A DNA stretch of 64,000 nucleotides from Verrucomicrobiales bacterium (GTDB taxonomy: Bacteria > Verrucomicrobiota > Verrucomicrobiia > Verrucomicrobiales > DEV007), in NCBI GenBank assembly GCA_028047635.1, contig JAOFXR010000009.1:14902-78901 (forward strand), read 5' to 3'. Both the position numbers and the translations under genes were made by a program. The notes under the pieces are model-generated. The model ran no database searches. It worked only from the letters and a program-made list of their open reading frames with translations, and had not been told where the DNA came from. Shown piece after piece: positions 10,356 to 20,305 of the stretch (position 1 is its first letter; each line of letters starts with the position of its first letter).

Positions 10356-10841
10356 TTAGCGTTTCACCGGCTCGGGGATTAGATCCGAAGGCGCAGCTGC
10401 CATTGTCTCGCGCCATTCATCCGGAATCGCAACCGCTTTCATTTTCCGTGAATCCGCATCAAACGATACGCACACCACCGTAAAACGGCCCGTCGCAGCG
10501 ATCACGCGCTCAGACTCCGAGTCGGGATTCTTCCAAAAATTGAAATAGTATCCCACCGTCTTGTTGCGGATCTCCTCCACCAGTAACTCGATTTCCACTT
10601 CCTCCTCAAAGTTCAGAGGAAGCCGGTAGTCCGCCGAAGCATGCACCCGTGGCCAGCCGACATTCGGGCCATCCGTGTCATTCTCCCCGTGCTTGAAAGG
10701 ATGAACCGAATACCCCATCGAGCGATAGAACGCATGCTCCGCCACTTCCATAAACCGGAAGAAATTTGAAAAGTGCATAATCCCCGCGACATCAGTGTCA
10801 GCAAATTCAACACGACGGCGGTAGGTGAAGCGATGAGTCAT
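10356..10841 (-). CDS. Acyl-CoA thioesterase (hotdog fold, 4HBT/YbgC family)
   Basis: RVEFADTDVAGIMHFSNFFRFME; start moved to ATG 10841 because the upstream ORF extension is a tandem repeat. Confidence 0.88.
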   Translation of the reverse strand: MTHRFTYRRRVEFADTDVAGIMHFSNFFRFMEVAEHAFYRSMGYSVHPFKHGENDTDGPNVGWPRVHASADYRLPLNFEEEVEIELLVEEIRNKTVGYYFNFWKNPDSESERVIAATGRFTVVCVSFDADSRKMKAVAIPDEWRETMAAAPSDLIPEPVKR

Positions 10842-10903
10842 GAGAGCACTTTCAGGCGTGAGCCGAAATTTGCAACCAGCAGAGAGCAGGTCCGGCGCAA
10901 AGT

Positions 10904-11066
10904 CTCGCACAAAGCCACGAAGCCACGAAGGCACGAAGGCACGAAGGCACGAAGGCACGAAGGCACGAAGGCACGAAGGCACGAAGGCACGAAGGCTCAA
11001 AGGCTCAATGTCATCTGAATCCAACGCTGCGAATGCCGCCTCTAAAACTTTGTGCCTTCGTGCGAG
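10904..11066. repeat. REP-like element: 8-bp tandem array inside an imperfect 19-bp inverted repeat
   Basis: AAGGCACG x8 perfect (10928-10991) plus 2 AAGCCACG and 2 AAGGCTCA; arms CTCGCACAAAGCCACGAAG (10904-10922) and CTTTGTGCCTTCGTGCGAG (11048-11066). Confidence 0.9.
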
Positions 11067-11212
11067 CACCTCCACTGACCAAGCGCATGATCTGAGACTC
11101 CTAAAAGAAGATTAGGATTAAGATTACGAAAAAGAAAAGGAGCAGTAGGAACGCGCTCGAGAGCTCATTCTTTACTCCTTTCAAAAAAAAGATCTTCCCC
11201 AAAAGCGTAACA

Positions 11213-11237
11213 GGTGTTACACATATACTGTAACACC
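11213..11237. promoter_or_regulatory. Palindromic operator for the GntR/YtrA repressor
   Basis: GGTGTTACA-N7-TGTAACACC immediately upstream of the GntR start. Confidence 0.75.
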
Positions 11238-11245
11238 AACTCACT

Positions 11246-11641
11246 GTGCTTCCGTTCTCCATACAACTCAAACCCGGAAAACCTGTTTTCGACCAACTCG
11301 TCCAGGCCTTCCATCGCGCCCTCGCGAGCGGACAGCTCAGGGATGGAGACGCCTTCCCTTCGGTGAGAGCAATGAGCCGCGAATTAAAGATCAGCCCGAC
11401 CACCGCGCATAAAGTCGTCGCGCACCTCAAGGACAGAGGTTTTCTAGTTTCCCTGCCCGGCGTCGGAATGCAGATCGCCGCGCCCAATCTTCCAGACAAA
11501 GAGGAGCGACTCAAACTCATCGAAGGCGATGCCACCGCCCTGATTCAACAGGCCCGCGACCTCAAACTTTCCACCGAAGATCTCGAAGCCCTTATCCGCC
11601 GCCTCGGAAACGGCGACCAATCAAACACAGGCAACGCATGA
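11246..11641 (+). CDS. GntR-family (YtrA subfamily) transcriptional regulator
   Basis: wHTH FPSVRAMSRELKISPTT, short C-terminus, precedes an ABC ATPase. Confidence 0.9.
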   Translation: MLPFSIQLKPGKPVFDQLVQAFHRALASGQLRDGDAFPSVRAMSRELKISPTTAHKVVAHLKDRGFLVSLPGVGMQIAAPNLPDKEERLKLIEGDATALIQQARDLKLSTEDLEALIRRLGNGDQSNTGNA

Positions 11642-12537
11642 GCCACCCCATCGAAGTTGAACATCTTACGAAACGATTCGGAAAACTGTCGCCGTCGATG
11701 ATCTCTCTTTCACGATTCCGGAAGGGCAAGTTACGGCTTTCCTTGGATCCAACGGAGCAGGCAAAACGACAACGATTCAGACGGTCCTAAATTTGCACCA
11801 CCCCACCGATGGCAATGCCCGACTCTTCGGGATCGACTCACGAAAATCCGGGCCGTCCGAGCTGCGGAAAATTGGCTACGTCTCGGAAAACATGGAACTG
11901 CCCCTCTGGATGACCGTTGAGCAGTATCACAAATACTGTCGACCGTTTTACCCGACCTGGGACGACGACTTTTGCGTCCAGCTCATGGAAGAGTTTCAGC
12001 TCCCCGCTGACAGAAAGCTACGCAATCTCTCACGCGGCATGCGGATGAAAGCAGCCCTCATCGGAGGAATCGCCTATCGCCCGAAACTCGTCATTCTCGA
12101 CGTACTTTTTTTCCGGACTCGATCCCCTCGTTCGCGATGAATTTATTCGCGGCCTCCTCCGCATGACTGGAGAGGAAGGTTGGACCGTCTTCCTCAGTTC
12201 TCATGACATCGAAGAAGTCGATCGGCTAGCCGATCGGGTCATTCTAATCGATTCAGGAAAAAAACGGCTCGACGAAACCGTTGAGGCTCTTCTCGGAAAA
12301 TGTCGAAGCGTCGAAGTCATCAGAGAAGAAACCGACACGCCATTCGAACACCCAAAAGAGTGGCTCGATTACCGCGAGGTCGGACGAACAATCAGCTTCA
12401 GCGTGGCCGAAGCGAGCGAAGCTCTCGAAGACGAAATCAAGCGCCTCATCCCCGGCGCCGACCACATTCACACGAGAGAAATGTCCCTCCGCGAAGTTTT
12501 TGTGATGATGGCGCAACGTTTTCGCATCGAGTCATGA
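11638..12537 (+). pseudogene. YtrB-like ABC ATPase, frameshifted
   Basis: MSHPIEVEHLTKRFGK / frameshift ~11685 / GSNGAGKTT...LSRGMRMK / frameshift at T-run ~12110, where DEPFSGLD has decayed. Confidence 0.85.
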
Positions 12538-13848
12538 AACTGGTCTGGCACGAATTTAAAACCTGACCCAGCAATGGAAGTGGCTCATTCCACTTTGGTG
12601 GTTGCTGGTACTGATTTATCTCGGATATCAATCCCATTGGTGGTGGGAAGGATCTCAAAGTTGGATCAGCTCCCACACTTCACATGAAACGGTCAGTATG
12701 CTGGTGCGGACGTTCATCTGGACAGGGCTCGGACTTTCAACCTTGATTGTTTTCCTCGGGATTTCCCCGGAGCAGCTAAAAACTGCAAGTCGCCTCCGCC
12801 CCATCTCAGCAAAGGGACGTCTCCTCTCACGGATGCTGTTTCTCACATCGTTCATTGGGATGCCTTGGTGGCTCCATGAGCTCTACTATCTCGCCGCCAC
12901 GGCGAGGCTACCTGCAGATCATATCGCCCTAGGAGTGTTTGAGAGCATGCTTTCGACAGCTGTATTTTGGTTCTTATGCGGTTGCCTCGGATGGGCCAGC
13001 GGAACATTCACCCGGGCGGCCCAACTGGCTGGAATCGGCTGGGTGATTCTCGTTGCCCTCGTGAAGATCGATGAACTCACAAACTGGCTCACTCCCCACA
13101 TCTTCGCCGCGCCTCAACATTCCTGGACGGACTGGAGTCGCTTTGGCAACTGGTCACATTTTGTCGCAGCCATCACGCTGGGGAGCGGGCTGCTTTTCTG
13201 GCTCTGGGGGAAAAACAATAAACCATCGCGCTCTAATTTCTCCAACTGGTTGGAATTCATCACTATTGTCACCGCTCCTACGACGGCATCAAGCAGGCAC
13301 CTCCAACTGAATTTCACCAAAACCATCCAAAATGCTCACGACGATGAATCCATCTCGAGACTAAAGTTACGGGGCGAAGCGCGCAAATGGCAGCTCGTAC
13401 ATGAGATGCCGCTCAAAGATGACAGCTTTCAATCGGATTCCAATATCAGCGGACGTCTCAAAATTGATGACACAAATGGTGACAAGGGAATGCGAACCTA
13501 CTTCCTAACACTCTACCAACTTCAACTTAGTTTTGCGACCGAACCATGAGCCACCACACCTATGGCTTGGGAGGAATAAATAATTCCATTGTCGTTATCT
13601 TCAATGAAACGCTAGGAGAGTGCCTTCTGCCGGGCTTCCTCGATGTCAGATCAGGATATGCTCCCAACATTTTCGGTTTAATTAACGAAAAGACCCGAAA
13701 ATTTGAAATTCCAACCAACGACGCATGGAAGGTTTTATGGCCCGATGGCAACGCGACTGAGAAATGGCTCGAAGGTGCCCGCTTGCAGATTTACACGACG
13801 AGATACATCGGCCGATTCGAAGATGAAATTCGAATCGCTGCAAACTAA
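12534..13848 (+). pseudogene. ABC permease-like membrane protein, disrupted
   Basis: MKLVWHEFKT* then multi-TM frame 12602-13549 and separate tail 13546-13848. Confidence 0.6.
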
Positions 13849-13861
13849 CGACAGCCTCCAC

Positions 13862-14941
13862 CTATGAACTCGCTTCGAGCTCTGCCAAGCGATCTTCCAT
13901 CTCGGTCGCCTGAAGTGTCTCGACGATCTCGGCAATGTCGCCGGTCATGATCTGATCGAGATTATACAAGGTCAAGTTCACGCGATGATCGGTGAGTCGA
14001 TTTTGTGGGAAATTGTAGGTGCGGATTTTCTCTTCACGCCCGCCTGAGCCGATGAGGCTTTTCCGTTGAGCCGAATATTTTTCATGCTCCTCACGAATTT
14101 TGGCCTCGAGAAGTTTCGCTCTCAAAATCTGAAGCGCTTTCTCTTTGTTCTTGCCCTGGCTCCGACCATCCTGACATTTAACCATAATTCCGGTCGGAAG
14201 GTGCGTGATCTGCACGGCTGAGTCAGTCGTATTAACGTGCTGACCTCCGGGACCTCCTGCGCGAGTTGCCTGGATATGAAGCTCATCAGGTTTGAGTTCC
14301 ACGTCGACCTCCTCCGCCTCGGGTAATACCGCTACGGTCGCAGTTGAAGTATGAATCCGGCCCTGGGTTTCCGTATCAGGAACCCGCTGAACGCGATGCA
14401 CACCGCTCTCGTATTTGAGGAAACGAAACACTTCGTCGCCGCTCACTTTGAAAACGACTTCCTTGAATCCACCGACGTCAGATGGACTCGCTTCGACTGA
14501 TTCGGTTTTCCATCCCTTCGCTTCAGCATAGCGCTGGTACATGCGGTAGAGATCCCCGGCAAAAAGCGACGCTTCATCTCCACCAGTTCCTCCACGGATT
14601 TCGATAATCGCATCACGGTCCTCGGTCGAATCGTGCGGGAGAAGTGCATACTGAACCGCTGCCTCGAGATCCTCGATATGTTTTTTGTTCGCAGGAATCT
14701 CCTCGGCGGCCATTTCAGCCATCTCAGGATCATCCGAGCGTGCCAGTTCGGTGTTTTCCTCGAGCGCCTCTTTCGTTTTGTGGAGATCTGCCCAATCATC
14801 GAGAAGCTTTTTCGTCCGTTGATACTCCTTCGTCATTTCTCCGGCCACTTTAGGGTCATCGAAAAATCCTTCCTGTGCCATGAATCCTTCGATTTCGGGA
14901 AGACGGAGTCGCTTTTTTTGGATGAGAGGTTCGTAGTCCAT
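13862..14941 (-). CDS. prfA: Peptide chain release factor 1
   Basis: GGQ motif, PxT (VPDTE) RF1 motif, RTYNFPQNR. Confidence 0.97.
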   Translation of the reverse strand: MDYEPLIQKKRLRLPEIEGFMAQEGFFDDPKVAGEMTKEYQRTKKLLDDWADLHKTKEALEENTELARSDDPEMAEMAAEEIPANKKHIEDLEAAVQYALLPHDSTEDRDAIIEIRGGTGGDEASLFAGDLYRMYQRYAEAKGWKTESVEASPSDVGGFKEVVFKVSGDEVFRFLKYESGVHRVQRVPDTETQGRIHTSTATVAVLPEAEEVDVELKPDELHIQATRAGGPGGQHVNTTDSAVQITHLPTGIMVKCQDGRSQGKNKEKALQILRAKLLEAKIREEHEKYSAQRKSLIGSGGREEKIRTYNFPQNRLTDHRVNLTLYNLDQIMTGDIAEIVETLQATEMEDRLAELEASS

Positions 14942-15027
14942 GATGTGAGTCCGTCGCTGCGGCAGCGACGTTAGGTTTAGAGTAAGATTAGGAAAAAGAA
15001 AAAGGCCTGGAAGAGAGATTTGGGCAC

Positions 15028-15066
15028 AAAAAACGGTGACGTCCCCTAACAGGAACCATCACCGTT
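15028..15066 (-). terminator. Intrinsic terminator after rpmE
   Basis: AACGGTGA...TCACCGTT stem followed by a T run on the minus strand. Confidence 0.55.
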
Positions 15067-15106
15067 GCGATTATCCCCGTCGATCTAGAGGACGGGAATG
15101 GATGAG

Positions 15107-15352
15107 CTAAGCGCTCAAATCAGAAAGCTTCGGCTTCTTGCGGCGTGCGCCACCTTTGTCACCAAAACGCTTCTGGAATTTATCGACACGACCTGCTGTA
15201 TCAACAAAACGTTGCTCACCAGTGAAAAACGGGTGGCAAGCCGAGCAAATACCGATATGCAAATCCTGCACTGTAGAGCGAGTCTGGATGACATTGCCGC
15301 AAGTGCACTGAATCGTTGCTTCGTTGTATTCTGGATGGATATCCGCTTTCAT
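15107..15352 (-). CDS. rpmE: 50S ribosomal protein L31 (Zn-binding form)
   Basis: [32 protein letters not shown]. Confidence 0.97.
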   Translation of the reverse strand: MKADIHPEYNEATIQCTCGNVIQTRSTVQDLHIGICSACHPFFTGEQRFVDTAGRVDKFQKRFGDKGGARRKKPKLSDLSA

Positions 15353-15491
15353 AGTCGTATCTGGAAAAAGTAAAAGGGGTGGAAACTAGTCGCGATGCCC
15401 CCGCAATCAAGCGGAATTTTACCACCTTTGAGAATCACCGGAAACTCAAAATAGCTTGAATTCCGGCTTCTCTCTTAAACGCTACACCTCG

Positions 15492-16406
15492 ATGAATCCT
15501 TACGAGACCGATTCTAAAACCCATTCACTTCGGTCATCGGGTGTTTTGCTGATTGCAGCAAACGTGATTCCGCTGATCGGCACCTTCTTTTTCGACTGGA
15601 ACGTGCTCGACATCGTTTTGGTTTATTGGTGTGAAACGATCATCGTGGGAATCTATACGATTCTACGAATTAACCTGGTCCAGAAGGATAGCCTTAAGTT
15701 CGGCGGAGTCGGAGGGAAAATATTCATTTCCTGCCTTTTTCTCCTTCACTACGGTGTTTTCTGCTTTGGCAATGGAGTCCTTTTGATGAACACATTGGCA
15801 CCTGAGATGAACGGCGCGCAGGAGGCATTTTTAATGCTAACAGCCAGTTTAAAGTGGACCTTGCTGGCGCTGATCATGAGCCACGGGTATTCCTTTTATC
15901 ACAACTATCTCGGCTCCGGAGAGAACACGCGCACGAAAGTCGCAGAGGAGATGTTTATTCCGTAACCTCGTCTCATCGTGCTTCATGTCGCAATTCTCAT
16001 TGGGGGCGTCGCAGTAGATGCCGCAGGGGAACCTCTCTATTTACTTCTCATTCTGGTGGCCGGAAAAACCTACTTTGATTGGAAGCTTCACGTGAAAGAG
16101 CACAGAAAGAGGGCCGAACTCGCGGTTAACGGTGGAGAGAACAAGCGCACCTCGCTATCTGTCGAAATGGCAGCCCTCTATCCCCGCATGCTGGCGCTCC
16201 ACATGGCAATCGTATTTGGTGGATTCGCCGTCAAGGCATTGGGACAGCCCATATTTCTGCTCATCATTTTAGTGATCGCCAAAACAATCGCGGATTGGAA
16301 ACTCCACCTCAAGGCCCACGAGAAAGCAGCGGATCTTTCCCTGACCACCAACCGTGATATTTTAGCCTCCGCTTCGCGGGAACGGGCGAAGCGTGGAAAG
16401 TCGTAA
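15492..16406 (+). pseudogene. DUF6498-like membrane protein with internal TAA and duplicated C-terminus
   Basis: In-frame TAA at 15963-15965 in P*PR; the internal repeat reads LYPR at the same position. Confidence 0.75.
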
Positions 16407-16477
16407 TTTTTCCCATCTTCGCATTTTCTGAACGATGGCGTAACAAAGGGAGAGTCAATTTGCGAACAGAGGGTTGA

Positions 16478-17041
16478 ATGACTGAGTCCCCCACCCCGAA
16501 TCCCGGTGAGCTAAGGCAGAAATTTTCTGCTCAGATGCGAGATCACCATCGCGAACTACTCGTCTTTGCTACCGCCGCATCAGGTTCACGTGAGTCGGCC
16601 AAGGATATCGTTCAGGAGTCTTTTGTTTCCGCCTGGAAAAGTTTCGAGCGATTCGATGAGTCACGGGACTTCGGGGCCTGGATGCGGGGAATCGTCCGCA
16701 ACAAAACGAAAGACTGGTTCCGACGCCAGCAACGGAATCCCATTTTCGACATGGAACTTCTCGACCGCGAAGTTGGCGCCTGGCAGACAGCAAAGGAGTC
16801 GGGCAGTTCGATTTTTGCCATCGTAACTGCCTGCGTTGGCAAACTCCCTACGAATTACCAATCAGCGGTTCAGGCATTCTACTTTGAAGAGCGGGAAGCC
16901 AATGAAGCCTCCGAATCGCTCGGAATATCACCCGCTAATTTACGAAAACGCCTCCAACGAGCCCGCGCTCTTCTCCACGACTGCATCGCGGCACAAACCC
17001 ACCCTCAAACAGAACTCCAAACCGAAAACGCTCATGTCTAA
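16478..17041 (+). CDS. ECF sigma-70 factor
   Basis: AKDIVQESF, FGAWMRGIVRN, region 4 LRKRLQRAR. Confidence 0.9.
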   Translation: MTESPTPNPGELRQKFSAQMRDHHRELLVFATAASGSRESAKDIVQESFVSAWKSFERFDESRDFGAWMRGIVRNKTKDWFRRQQRNPIFDMELLDREVGAWQTAKESGSSIFAIVTACVGKLPTNYQSAVQAFYFEEREANEASESLGISPANLRKRLQRARALLHDCIAAQTHPQTELQTENAHV

Positions 17042-19814
17042 TTTTCCCCCACTCGAATCAGACAGAAACGAAAGCGATGTGCCTGTCGATGCCTTGCTCA
17101 ATGAAGTCGCCGCGAATGAGAATGGCGATGATGAAACTTTTCTGGAGTCAATGGAGGCTGCGATTGATGAGGCTGATGTAATTCCTTTGCCCGCCGCTTC
17201 TTCGGGAAAATTTCGACCATTGTTGTTCTCAATAGCTATCGCTGCCTGTGCAGCGGCGGGCTTGTTCTACAGCCTCACGCTCACCCTATGGGAAGATCCG
17301 CCCATTCCTTTCACTGTTGGAATGAGTTCAAATACAAGAGATTTCATTGGCTGCGGCCCCGGCTTGAAACGCTTAGAAGTAAAACCAGACCGCGAAGCAA
17401 TTCCACTCGCGACCATTACGCCAAAAATCGATCCGGCTGTGACGCAACCGCTTGATACAACCGGCTCGCTAGCCTCAATTTCCTATGTTAGAAGGCTTCA
17501 AGAACAAGTAAAACTAGCAGACGGAGGAGCCCTGCGCGGCTCCAAACTCATGGCTGATGGAGACTATCAAGGCGCAATTGATCAATACAGGAATGCACTC
17601 GCTCTTTTGCCTGACGCCCCCATGACGAAACCGCGCCGCTTTGCCTACACAAAACAGTTCGCACGCGCCTCTGTGCTGTTCGGCAGAAACCGAGCCGATG
17701 AAGGCAGATACCCGGAGGCCATTGCCGCGGTTGAAGAAGTGCTCCAACCGAGCGTAGATCCCGACAGTATTGATGCGAAACGGTTGCTCGATCAATTGAA
17801 TGACCCTGACTATTATTCTCCCACATTGACGCCTTCTCATTTGCAAAGAGTGCGTCGTGTGAAATTAGCACTCAAAACCGGCCAGGGTTATATCGACCTT
17901 GGTGACTACGACCGAGCTGACCGCGAATACCACAAAGCGCTCTCGGACGACCCTTACAATGTGGCCGCGCGACGAGGACAGGAAAACATCGAACGCCATC
18001 GCATGCATTATTATGAAGCTGCCTACGATCACACGAGGCCGAAGATGCTTCGACAGGTCGCTGCTGGCTGGGAATCTCCGACGCCTTCCGACAATGCACC
18101 CGTTGCTGATGCGACAGGTAAAACGAACAGCATAATCTCCTCGACTGCCTTCTCAAACTTCAGCGTCCCCTCTTTGAGCGAGCCATCCGCTCCCGCAAGC
18201 CGCTCTGAAATTTCCTGGACAGGACTATCCGCCTCAAACGGACTCAGAGGCGACTCTATCGTAAGTCAGCACCTTCGCAGCAGCCCCATGACAGGTGCCG
18301 GCTCGATTGAGGAGATCGCTCGCTGGGGGACTGAACCTACATCAGAAGCCCCCTCCTCTAAATTAGCAATCTCCATCCCGATAGCCGAATCAATCTCCAA
18401 ATCCCAATATCCCGCCCTAGTCGACAATTCCTGGGCATCGCCTCTGACCGATCCACTCTCCACCTTCTCTACCGATGTGGACACCGCCTCATGGACGAAT
18501 CTTCGTGCCATGATCCGTGACGGCTCTGCGCTCAGGTTCATTCCCAAAGACGCGGTCCGTATCGAAGAAATGATCAACTACTTCGACTGGAACTACCCGA
18601 AGCCAAAAGGCGAAGATCCGTTTTCCATCCAACTGGAAGCAGCACCCTGCCCGTGGAACGACAAACACCAACTCTTGAGAATCGGTCTACAAGGCAAAGA
18701 AATACCCCGTATCGATCGTCCACCCGCGAACCTCATTTTTCTCATAGATGTTTCAGGCTCGATGAATGAGCCGAACAAACTTCCCCTTTTAAAAGAAGCC
18801 ATCGCCATTCTCGTCGAAGAACTCAGTAGCGAAGACAAGGTCGCCATCGTTGTTTACGCCGGATCAGAAGGCGTTTCCCTACCACCCACTTCCGGCCGAG
18901 ATCGGGAGACGATTCTCGGAGCACTCGAAAACCTGAAATCAGGCGGCTCCACGAACGGAGGAGCCGGAATCAAACTCGCCTACCGTCTCGCCAAGGAACA
19001 GTTTATTAAAAAGGGAATCAATCGAGTCATTCTCTGCACTGATGAAGATTTCAACGTCGGGCTCACTGGAACGAAAGAACCCGTCAACCTCGTCGAGAAT
19101 GAGGCGAAAGCGGGAACCTATCTGAGCGTGCTCGGATTCGGACAAGGTAACTTGAACGACGCAATGCTCGAAGAAGTGACCAATCGTGGAAATGGAAATT
19201 ACTTCCATATCAACGGTCTCAAAGAAGCTAGAAAGGTGCTCTTGAGCGATCTCATGGGGACACTGGTGACCATCGCCAAAGACGTCAAAATCCAGGTAGA
19301 GTTCAATCCCGCTCACGTCGCGAAGTACCGACTCATCGGATACGCCAACCGAAAACTTGCTCCGGAGGACTTCGCGAATGATAAAATCGACGCTGGAGGA
19401 ATTGGTTCAGGCCATACCGTGACAGCCCTTTACGAGATCGTTCCCGGCAAGGCACAACCAGCTCCCCCTGAACTTCGATATCAAAGCGACGGCACTCCAA
19501 CTGAAACGAAGGAACTGATTCCAAGCGAAGAACTCGCTCTCATCAAACTTCGCTATAAAAAACCGCAGGAAGACATCTCAATTCTAATGACCGAAACAAT
19601 TCTTCCTCCTAACATGGTCGACTCGCTCACTTCCCGCGACTACCCCTTCGCCGCAGCTGTTGCGCTCTTCGGAATGATTTTACGAAATCATGAAGACGTC
19701 AAAGACGCCACCTTGCAGGAAGTGATCGCACTCGCAGAACCATCCATCGGACCTGATCATCTTGGCTATCGAGCCGAGTTTCTTGAGCTGGTCAAAGAAC
19801 TTTCCCAAAACTGA
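17034..19814 (+). CDS. Membrane-anchored TPR + YfbK-type vWA (DUF3520) protein, putative anti-sigma partner
   Basis: ATG 17034 overlaps the sigma gene end; acidic N-terminus, one TM, TPRs, STFSTDVDTAS, VRIEEMINYF, DVSGSM MIDAS, TIAKDVKIQVEFNP. Confidence 0.85.
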   Translation: MSNFPPLESDRNESDVPVDALLNEVAANENGDDETFLESMEAAIDEADVIPLPAASSGKFRPLLFSIAIAACAAAGLFYSLTLTLWEDPPIPFTVGMSSNTRDFIGCGPGLKRLEVKPDREAIPLATITPKIDPAVTQPLDTTGSLASISYVRRLQEQVKLADGGALRGSKLMADGDYQGAIDQYRNALALLPDAPMTKPRRFAYTKQFARASVLFGRNRADEGRYPEAIAAVEEVLQPSVDPDSIDAKRLLDQLNDPDYYSPTLTPSHLQRVRRVKLALKTGQGYIDLGDYDRADREYHKALSDDPYNVAARRGQENIERHRMHYYEAAYDHTRPKMLRQVAAGWESPTPSDNAPVADATGKTNSIISSTAFSNFSVPSLSEPSAPASRSEISWTGLSASNGLRGDSIVSQHLRSSPMTGAGSIEEIARWGTEPTSEAPSSKLAISIPIAESISKSQYPALVDNSWASPLTDPLSTFSTDVDTASWTNLRAMIRDGSALRFIPKDAVRIEEMINYFDWNYPKPKGEDPFSIQLEAAPCPWNDKHQLLRIGLQGKEIPRIDRPPANLIFLIDVSGSMNEPNKLPLLKEAIAILVEELSSEDKVAIVVYAGSEGVSLPPTSGRDRETILGALENLKSGGSTNGGAGIKLAYRLAKEQFIKKGINRVILCTDEDFNVGLTGTKEPVNLVENEAKAGTYLSVLGFGQGNLNDAMLEEVTNRGNGNYFHINGLKEARKVLLSDLMGTLVTIAKDVKIQVEFNPAHVAKYRLIGYANRKLAPEDFANDKIDAGGIGSGHTVTALYEIVPGKAQPAPPELRYQSDGTPTETKELIPSEELALIKLRYKKPQEDISILMTETILPPNMVDSLTSRDYPFAAAVALFGMILRNHEDVKDATLQEVIALAEPSIGPDHLGYRAEFLELVKELSQN

Positions 19815-20305
19815 TTTCGCGAAAACGGCCTTCAAAAAGCTCGATGGGGAACGAGGATTGATAGAACGGCGCTAAAGAGATCGTATTGATCCCGGCAGCG
19901 CCTATTTTTGGGTCAATATCGTCCATTTTTGGTTGCGTGCTCACCTCGGAATAAATGCAAACTATTTTCTTGCTTAAAAAGTTGAAAGTCCATAAACATG
20001 AAGGAATGAAAGCCGTTTAACTATATTTGTTATATTTTTATTGAACAGATCTAAGGAGCGACAAACAAATATGAGACGTGTTTGAAGAGAAATCGAGGCA
20101 TTAATCAATCGGCAATAACGTTACTAAAAAGATAAAAAGTTCCCTTACTCAGGGAGTAAGACCTCTGCCCACGCCATCCTCATTTTTCTCCGAGCCGGCT
20201 CAACTGCACATTCAAACGAGGATAGCAAAAGACATGGAACGTCTTTTGCTATGACTGATCAGAGAAGCAGGTAACGACGACTCTCTCAACTTTAGAAGAC
20301 TACCA

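Noticed and set aside
10912-11007. CRISPR array
   Set aside because: Contiguous 8-bp units with no spacers and no cas genes
10842-11075. N-terminal extension of the thioesterase with LRAFVPSC repeats
   Set aside because: Translation of the stop-free octamer repeat; the family domain starts at ATG 10841
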